DNA from: Comamonas sp.
GTDB taxonomy: Bacteria > Pseudomonadota > Gammaproteobacteria > Burkholderiales > Burkholderiaceae_C
Length of the DNA stretch: 64,000 bases
Assembly: GCA_040396175.1 (NCBI GenBank)
Contig: JBEBOZ010000005.1
Span: 20,265 to 84,264, forward strand
Direction: 5' to 3'
This document shows positions 57,476 to 64,000 of this stretch, in pieces. Position numbers and translations under genes: made by a program. How positions within the stretch are numbered: the stretch's first letter is position 1; every line of letters begins with the position of its first letter. The notes under the pieces were generated by a model. It had not been told where the DNA came from. It was given only the letters and a program-made list of their open reading frames with translations, and made no database searches.

Positions 57476-59605
57476 ATGGTGGACACTCATACAGATGCTG
57501 GGGGCGGGGCGGATTTCGACCTGACCCAGTTCTATCAGATCTTTTTCGAAGAAGCCGGGGAAAACCTCGACCAGATGGAGCAGATGCTGCTCAATCTGGA
57601 CTTGTCGGCCGCCAACGATGAAGAACTCAACGGCATCTTCCGTTGTGCGCATTCGATCAAAGGGGGCTCTGCGACCTTTGGTTTCTCCGATGTGGCCGAG
57701 CTGACCCACAAGATGGAGTCGCTGCTGGACCGCCTGCGCCGCCACGAAATCACGCCCATCCCCGAGATGGTGGATGTGCTGCTGGAATCGGCCGATGCCT
57801 CGCGCAGCCTGCTGGCGCGCCACCAGGCGGGCGGTGAGGGCGAAGCCATGTCGACCTCCGATCTGGTGCGCCGCATCACGGAGCTGGCCGCCGGCAACGG
57901 TGCATTGTCCGCTCCGGTGGCCGCACCGGTAGTGGCGGCCCCGGTGGCACCACCACCGCCCGCGCCGGCCCCGGTGGCCGCCGTCCCGGTGGGGGGGAAC
58001 CGTGCGCTGGAGATTCGCATCGGTCCCATGGACAATCTGGATCTGGCCGATGCCATCAAGGAGCTGTTCCGCGATATCCCGGGCCTGGGCACCATCGAAG
58101 ACCTGCCCTGTACCGACACCGGCTGTCGCCTGTTCGGTGTGCAGACCCAGTCCACCGATGAAGACCTGCTGGACCTGTTCGCTTTCCACGTCGCCAAGGA
58201 GCAGGTGCAGATCCGCAGTCATGCGTCCCAGGCAGCTCCGGTTGCTGTGGATGTTGCGCCGCAGACGGTGGCCGTGGAGTCTGTCGCTGCACCGGTGGAA
58301 GCCGCTGTGGCGGCGGCCGGCGACACGGTGAGCGGCAATTTCGGCATCTTCCCCGGTGCGCCCGGCGATCCGGAAACACGTCCTGCCCTGGCGCCGGCCA
58401 AGGCCTCTGCTGCGGCCAAGCCGGCGGTGGCGGCCACCATGGAGTCCACCAGCATCCGCGTGGCCCTGGGCAAGGTCGACCAGCTGATCAACCTGGCCGG
58501 CGAGTTGGTGATCACCCAGGCCATGCTGGCACAGAACAGCCGCACGCTGGATCCGGCCGCCAACCAGCAGTTGCTGGCCGGGCTGGCGGACCTGGACCGC
58601 AACACGCGTGACCTGCAGGAATGCGTGATGTCGATCCGCATGATTCCCATGTCCACCGTGTTCAGTCGTTTCCCGCGCATGCTGCGTGACCTGGCCAACA
58701 AGATGGGCAAGAAGTTCGACTTGGTGCTGCAGGGCGAAGCCACCGAGCTGGACAAGGGCCTGGTGGAAAAGATCACCGACCCGCTGACCCACCTGGTGCG
58801 CAACTCGCTGGATCACGGCATCGAAATGCCCGAACAGCGCATTGCGGCCGGCAAGTCCGAAGCGGGTACGCTGACCCTGGCGGCTTCCCACCAGGGTGGC
58901 TCCATCGTCATCGAAGTGCGCGATGATGGCCGCGGCATGAACCGCGAAAAGATTCTGCGCAAGGCCCGCGAGCGCGGCATGGACGTGTCGGACAGCCTGC
59001 CCGATGCCGATGTCTGGCAGCTGATCTTTGCCCCTGGCTTCTCCACCGCCGATGTCGTGACCGATGTGTCGGGCCGTGGCGTGGGCATGGACGTGGTGAA
59101 GAAGAACATCACCGCGCTCAACGGTACCGTGGAAATCGACTCCGCCGAAGGCGTGGGCATGCGCGTGGCGATCCGTCTGCCGTTGACCCTGGCCATCATG
59201 GACGGCATGTCGGTGGGCGTGGGCCAGGAGGTCTACATCCTGCCGCTGTCTTCGGTGGTGGAGTCCTTCCAGGTCAACCCGAACGATGTGAACACCGTGG
59301 CCCAGGGCTCCCAGCTGGTCAAGGTGCGTGACGAGTACATGCCCGTGATCGCCATGGAAAAGACGTTCCGTGTGCCGCGTGCCGAAGGGGAAAAGAGCAG
59401 CGACATCATGGTGGTGGTCGAGTCCGACGGCAGCCGGGTGGCATTGCTGGTGGACGAACTGCTGGGGCAACATCAAGTGGTGGTGAAGAACCTGGAGTCC
59501 AATTACCGCAAGGTGCCGAATGTGTCGGGTGCCACCATCCTGGGTGATGGCACCGTGGCCTTGATTTTGGACACCATCAGCATGGTGAACCGGGCGCGTT
59601 ACTGA
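57476..59605 (+). CDS. cheA: Chemotaxis kinase CheA
   Basis: FRCAHSIKG, HLVRNSLDHG, SGRGVGMDVV, C-terminal CheW-like domain. Confidence 0.98.
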   Translation: MVDTHTDAGGGADFDLTQFYQIFFEEAGENLDQMEQMLLNLDLSAANDEELNGIFRCAHSIKGGSATFGFSDVAELTHKMESLLDRLRRHEITPIPEMVDVLLESADASRSLLARHQAGGEGEAMSTSDLVRRITELAAGNGALSAPVAAPVVAAPVAPPPPAPAPVAAVPVGGNRALEIRIGPMDNLDLADAIKELFRDIPGLGTIEDLPCTDTGCRLFGVQTQSTDEDLLDLFAFHVAKEQVQIRSHASQAAPVAVDVAPQTVAVESVAAPVEAAVAAAGDTVSGNFGIFPGAPGDPETRPALAPAKASAAAKPAVAATMESTSIRVALGKVDQLINLAGELVITQAMLAQNSRTLDPAANQQLLAGLADLDRNTRDLQECVMSIRMIPMSTVFSRFPRMLRDLANKMGKKFDLVLQGEATELDKGLVEKITDPLTHLVRNSLDHGIEMPEQRIAAGKSEAGTLTLAASHQGGSIVIEVRDDGRGMNREKILRKARERGMDVSDSLPDADVWQLIFAPGFSTADVVTDVSGRGVGMDVVKKNITALNGTVEIDSAEGVGMRVAIRLPLTLAIMDGMSVGVGQEVYILPLSSVVESFQVNPNDVNTVAQGSQLVKVRDEYMPVIAMEKTFRVPRAEGEKSSDIMVVVESDGSRVALLVDELLGQHQVVVKNLESNYRKVPNVSGATILGDGTVALILDTISMVNRARY

Positions 59606-59672
59606 TACCGGATTGCAGGCGATCCACAACTAGCAAAGGCCAGGCCCCCAGCGGGCCGCCAGGAGAATTGAA

Positions 59673-60161
59673 ATGAATGTGATGGGCAAAAATACCGAGT
59701 CTGCTGCCACCGGCACCCGCGAATATCTGACCTTCCGTCTGGGCCAGGAGGAATACGGCATCGACATCCTCAAGGTGCAGGAAATCCGCGGCTACGAGCA
59801 ACCCACCCGCATTGCGAATGCACCGGAATTCATCAAGGGCGTGGTGAATCTGCGCGGCACCATCGTGCCGATCGTGGACATGCGCCTGAAGTTCAACTGC
59901 ACGGAAGTGGAATACAACAGCTTCACGGTGGTCATCATCCTGAACCTGCGCAACCGCGTGGTCGGCATTGTGGTGGACTCCGTGAGTGACGTGATGGAGC
60001 TGGCGCCGGACGCCATCCGCGCGGCACCCGATATCGAAAGCGCCATCGACAACGGCTGCATTCTGGGCCTGGGCTCGGTGGGCGAGCGCATGCTGATCCT
60101 GCTGGACATCGAAAAGCTGATGTCCAACGTGGACATGGGCCTGGTGGCTCCGGCCGAGTAA
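59673..60161 (+). CDS. cheW: CheW
   Basis: [23 protein letters not shown]. Confidence 0.97.
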   Translation: MNVMGKNTESAATGTREYLTFRLGQEEYGIDILKVQEIRGYEQPTRIANAPEFIKGVVNLRGTIVPIVDMRLKFNCTEVEYNSFTVVIILNLRNRVVGIVVDSVSDVMELAPDAIRAAPDIESAIDNGCILGLGSVGERMLILLDIEKLMSNVDMGLVAPAE

Positions 60162-60260
60162 AGGGCGCTGCGGCGGATTTGCTAGCCAACGGCCCGCCCT
60201 GTGGTGGGCTGTTGAATTTGAACGCCTTGCAGGCGTTGGGATTTTTTGACCCTTTCATCC

Positions 60261-61151
60261 ATGCGTACTTCTGCTTCTTCGTTGTCCACGGATGCCGGGT
60301 CGGCATCCGGCATGCCGGCCTCCATGGGGGGCGGTGCTGCGCAGCGCGAGTTCGCCTGGACCAATGCCGATTTCACCCGGGTGCAGGCGCTGATCTATAA
60401 GCACGCCGGCATCAGCTTGCACGATGGCAAGCACGCCATGGTGTACAGCCGCCTGTCGCGCCGCTTGCGTGATACGCGGCTGGACAGTTTCGACGACTAC
60501 CTGTCCTGGCTGGAAAAGCAGCCTGGCGATGCCCCGGAGTGGCAGGAGTTCGTCAATGCGCTGACCACCAATCTGACCTCGTTCTTTCGCGAGCAGCACC
60601 ATTTCGAGATCTTCGCTCAGCACCTGCGCAGCAAGCAGCAGCCGTCGTGGAAGGTCTGGTGCAATGCTGCATCGACCGGGGAAGAGCCCTATTCCATCGT
60701 GATGACGGCCCAGGAAGCGCTGGGGGCCAACGGGCAGTTCAAGCTCACGGCCAGCGACATCGACTCCAAGGTGCTGGCCACGGCATCGAACGGTGTCTAC
60801 CGCCTGGACAATGTGAAGAACCTGAGCCAGGAGCGTCTGCGCCGCTTCTTCATGAAGGGCAAGGGGGGCAACGAAGGCATGGTGCGCGTCAAGCCGGAAC
60901 TGCGCCGCATGATTGACTTCATGCAGGTCAATCTGATCAAGGACGATTGGCCCTTCCAGGACGCCTTCGATGTGGTGTTCTGCCGCAATGTGATGATCTA
61001 CTTTGATGCGCCCACACAGCGCCGTGTGCTGGAGAAAATCCACCGCGTGCTCAAGCCGGGTGGCATGCTGTTTGTGGGACATGCCGAGAATTTCAGCGAA
61101 TCGCGCGACCTCTTTACCTTGCGCGGCAAGACCGTGTACGAGCGTCGCTGA
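60261..61151 (+). CDS. cheR: Methyltransferase CheR
   Basis: LTTNLTSFFREQHHF, STGEEPYS, FCRNVMIYFD; start uncertain. Confidence 0.96.
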   Translation: MRTSASSLSTDAGSASGMPASMGGGAAQREFAWTNADFTRVQALIYKHAGISLHDGKHAMVYSRLSRRLRDTRLDSFDDYLSWLEKQPGDAPEWQEFVNALTTNLTSFFREQHHFEIFAQHLRSKQQPSWKVWCNAASTGEEPYSIVMTAQEALGANGQFKLTASDIDSKVLATASNGVYRLDNVKNLSQERLRRFFMKGKGGNEGMVRVKPELRRMIDFMQVNLIKDDWPFQDAFDVVFCRNVMIYFDAPTQRRVLEKIHRVLKPGGMLFVGHAENFSESRDLFTLRGKTVYERR

Positions 61152-61186
61152 ACGGGCTACGCCGGTTATTGGAACAAAGGTCCACC

Positions 61187-61966
61187 ATGAATCCTCTGCG
61201 AAAAGGCGTACCGATGTCGTCCAATCCCTTGGGGGGCGGCTTTGGCTCGTCCCTTGCCTTTGGTGAGCGCCGGGGTCCTGTGCCCAAGATGGCGCCGCCG
61301 AGTGCCCCGGTGTTCCACCGGCCGGCGGTTGCTCAGCCGCCCGCGCCACCGTCGTCACTGGAGGCGCTCAAGCGCCGCACGCCCAAGCCGGGCGAGGCCT
61401 CGTTCTTCTATTTCGACCCGCATTTCCAGTTCAACGCCGTCAAGGTGTTGCCGGGCGAGTATTTCGTGACGGGCGAGAACATGGCCATCGTCACGGTGCT
61501 GGGCTCGTGCATTGCCGCCTGTCTGTGGGACCGCACCCTGAACATCGGTGGCATGAACCACTTCATGCTGCCCGATGGCGATGCCGGCGACGTCTCCGGT
61601 CGCTACGGCTCATATGCGATGGAACTGCTGATCAACGAGATGATGAAGCTGGGCGCGCGCCGCGAGACCATGCAGGCCAAGATCTTTGGCGGCGGCCAGG
61701 TCATGGCCAACTTCACCACCATGAATGTGGGTGAGCGCAACACCGATTTCGTCACCCAGTATCTGAATACCGAGCGCATCCCCATCGTCTCCGAGGATGT
61801 GCTCGACATCTATCCACGCAAAGTGGTCTACTTTCCGACCACCGGCAAGGCCCTGGTCAAGCGCCTGGCGCATGCCCACCCCGAAGAGCTGGTGGCGCAG
61901 GAGCGCCGAGGCAATGCGGCCACCGTGGCACAGTCCAACGCTGGCGGCAGCGTAGACCTGTTTTGA
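61187..61966 (+). CDS. cheD: Chemoreceptor glutamine deamidase CheD
   Basis: TVLGSCIAAC, GGMNHFMLP, AKIFGGG, VGERN; start could be 61214. Confidence 0.95.
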   Translation: MNPLRKGVPMSSNPLGGGFGSSLAFGERRGPVPKMAPPSAPVFHRPAVAQPPAPPSSLEALKRRTPKPGEASFFYFDPHFQFNAVKVLPGEYFVTGENMAIVTVLGSCIAACLWDRTLNIGGMNHFMLPDGDAGDVSGRYGSYAMELLINEMMKLGARRETMQAKIFGGGQVMANFTTMNVGERNTDFVTQYLNTERIPIVSEDVLDIYPRKVVYFPTTGKALVKRLAHAHPEELVAQERRGNAATVAQSNAGGSVDLF

Positions 61967-61981
61967 GAGAGGTTTGAGGGA

Positions 61982-63097
61982 ATGAGCAAGAAGATCCGTG
62001 TGATCGTGGTCGATGACTCTGCGCTGGTGCGCAGCCTGCTGGCCGAGATCATCAACCGACAAAGCGATATGGAGTGCATCGGCACGGCCAACGACCCGTT
62101 GATTGCCCGCGAAATGATCCGCGAACTCAATCCTGACGTGATCACGCTGGACGTGGAAATGCCGCGCATGGACGGTATCGACTTTCTCGGCCGCCTGATG
62201 CGCCTGCGCCCCATGCCGGTGCTGATGATTTCCACGCTGACCGAGCGCGGTGCCGAAGTGACCATGCGTGCGCTGGAACTGGGTGCCGTGGACTTTGTGG
62301 CCAAGCCCCGCGTGGGGGTGGCCAATGGCCTGCAAGACCTGGCCAACCAGATTGTGGACAAGATCCGCGTGGCGGCGGTGGCCCAGGTGCACCGTGCGGT
62401 GCCCGCAGCCCGTCCGGCCATGGCGCCTGCGGCCAAGGGTGCTGCACCGGGTGTGGCTGCAGCCCCCGTGTCGTCGGCCACCCTGCTGGGGCGGCTGTCC
62501 ACCGAGAAGGTGATTGCCATCGGCGCCTCCACCGGGGGGACCGAAGCCATCAAGGAAGTGCTGGTGCAGATGCCGGCCGACTCCCCGGCCATTGTCATCA
62601 CCCAGCACATGCCGCCGGGCTTCACCACCAGCTTTGCAGCACGCTTGAACGGGCTGTGCCAGATCACGGTGAAGGAAGCCGTGCAGGGTGAGCGTATTTT
62701 GCCTGGCCATGCCTACATCGCTCCGGGCGGCAAGCAGTTCTCCATTGCCCGCAGCGGTGCCAACTATGTGGCCGTGGTCAATGACGAGCCGCCGGTCAAC
62801 CGGCACAAGCCTTCCGTGGAAGTGCTGTTCAAGTCCGTCGCCGCCTGTGTCGGGCGCAATGCCTTTGGCGTGATGCTGACCGGCATGGGGGCAGACGGAG
62901 CCGCCGCGATGCGCGAGATGAAGGACGCGGGCAGCTACAACTATGTGCAGGACGAAGCCAGCTGCATCGTCTTCGGCATGCCACGCGAAGCCATCGCCCA
63001 TGGCGCCGCCGATGAAGTGCTGCCGCTGACGCAGATTGCAGGTGCCTTGCTGGGCAAGCTGCGCACCTCACCCGACCATGTGCGCCACCGCATCTGA
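61982..63097 (+). CDS. cheB: Methylesterase CheB
   Basis: REC domain, [18 protein letters not shown]. Confidence 0.97.
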   Translation: MSKKIRVIVVDDSALVRSLLAEIINRQSDMECIGTANDPLIAREMIRELNPDVITLDVEMPRMDGIDFLGRLMRLRPMPVLMISTLTERGAEVTMRALELGAVDFVAKPRVGVANGLQDLANQIVDKIRVAAVAQVHRAVPAARPAMAPAAKGAAPGVAAAPVSSATLLGRLSTEKVIAIGASTGGTEAIKEVLVQMPADSPAIVITQHMPPGFTTSFAARLNGLCQITVKEAVQGERILPGHAYIAPGGKQFSIARSGANYVAVVNDEPPVNRHKPSVEVLFKSVAACVGRNAFGVMLTGMGADGAAAMREMKDAGSYNYVQDEASCIVFGMPREAIAHGAADEVLPLTQIAGALLGKLRTSPDHVRHRI

Positions 63098-63151
63098 CGT
63101 GGGCATCAGTCGGCTTGTTGTCCAAGGGTGCAGCAGCTGACAAACAAAAAC

Positions 63152-63179
63152 AAAAGGGAGCTGATACAGCTCCCTTTTT
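63152..63179. terminator. Bidirectional terminator between cheB and the ABC-F gene
   Basis: AAAAGGGAGCTG-ata-CAGCTCCCTTTTT. Confidence 0.9.
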
Positions 63180-63334
63180 GCATGCATGTTCCGCCGTGTA
63201 TGCCAGCTCAGTGGCGCTGGATTGCCGTGTTCAGGCGTGGGATTGCTGGCAAACAGGCGCTGTCCGCACGCCTGCCGCCACGGGATCCGCTTGGGGGGCA
63301 TAAGGCTCCCCCACAGTCCCCTCCTGAAAGGGCG

Positions 63335-64000
63335 TCAGGCGGACAGCAGCTCCCAGCGCTCTAGTGCGGCCATCAGGGCCGCTTCGATCTCCCCATCCCG
63401 CAGCTGCAGTTGCACGGCGCGGGCGTTGTCGGTGGCATACAGGCTGCCATCGGCCAGGGCTGCCTGGATGGTGGCCTGCTCCGCCTCCAATGCCGCAATC
63501 TGCGCAGGCAGCTGTTCCAGTTCGCGCTGTTCCTTGTAGCTGAGCTTGCGCTTGGCGGCAGGAGCGGCGGCCGTGGCCGGTGCGCTGGCGGTGGCTGCTT
63601 CCTTTGCGGGGGCAGGTTTGGCCGCACCGGCCTTGGCGGCCTGTTCGGCCGCCGCCTTGCTGCGCTTGGACTGGACCAGCCAGTCCTGCACACCGCCTTC
63701 GTACTCGCGCCACTGGCCGTTGCCTTCGGCGGCAATGGTGCTGGTGACGACGTTGTCCAGGAAGGTCCGGTCGTGGCTGACCAGGAAGACGGTGCCGTCG
63801 TAGTTTTGCAGCAGGTCTTCCAGCAGTTCCAGCGTTTCGATGTCCAGATCGTTGGTGGGTTCGTCCAGCACCAGCACATTGGTGGGGCGGGCGAACAGCC
63901 GTGCCAGCAACAGGCGGTTGCGTTCACCGCCCGAGAGGCTGCGTACGGGCGAGTTGGCACGGGCCGGGGAGAACAGAAAGTCCCCCAAGTAGCTTTTCAC
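63335..64000 (-). CDS. uup: ABC-F ATPase Uup-like, C-terminal part
   Basis: LSGGERNRLLLA, LDEPTNDLD, KLSYKEQRELEQLP; runs off window end. Confidence 0.88.
   Translation of the reverse strand: MKSYLGDFLFSPARANSPVRSLSGGERNRLLLARLFARPTNVLVLDEPTNDLDIETLELLEDLLQNYDGTVFLVSHDRTFLDNVVTSTIAAEGNGQWREYEGGVQDWLVQSKRSKAAAEQAAKAGAAKPAPAKEAATASAPATAAAPAAKRKLSYKEQRELEQLPAQIAALEAEQATIQAALADGSLYATDNARAVQLQLRDGEIEAALMAALERWELLSA

Noticed and set aside
61166-61172. TTATTGG half-site upstream of cheD
   Set aside because: No -10 element at the 24-25 nt spacing and no partner half-site
1-64000. CRISPR arrays, rRNA, tRNA and IS elements
   Set aside because: None recognised; intergenic gaps are short and explained by promoters and terminators

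Overview
High-GC betaproteobacterial (Comamonadaceae-like, inferred from gene content and order) motility supercluster. From left to right: a partial PhzF-family gene, a PLP aminotransferase, a LysE exporter and a degenerate EAL-HDOD gene; flgB-L (minus); flgA, flgM and a flgN-like gene (plus); flhB-flhA-flhF-flhG-like-fliA; motAB-cheY-cheZ; a low-GC flagellin glycosylation island (GT41/O-GlcNAc-transferase-like enzyme, DegT aminotransferase, three SAM methyltransferases, Gfo/Idh/MocA oxidoreductase, ATP-grasp protein); three flagellins (one divergent, two tandem paralogs); fliDST, fliE, fliF-K and fliL-R; a soluble REC-HisKA_3 kinase with a NarL/UvrY-type regulator; a second chemotaxis operon (orphan CheZ/McpA-like gene, cheY, cheA, cheW, cheR, cheD, cheB); and a partial ABC-F (uup-like) gene. 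flhDC and chemoreceptor genes are not in the window. Main observations: (1) a fixed-geometry class-2 (FlhDC-type) promoter signature, half-site-N17-half-site-N24/25-(-10), occurs at the operon heads and also appears hidden in AT-rich patches inside flhA, fliI and the end of flgH; (2) the flagellins appear to sit on different regulatory tiers, and a perfect 44-bp inverted repeat flanks the shared divergent promoter region; (3) the glycosylation cassette is mosaic; (4) an orphan DxxxQ protein shares a GSVDLF C-terminus with CheD; (5) the fliL leader is a candidate structured RNA. All calls come from motif recognition by eye; no searches were run.
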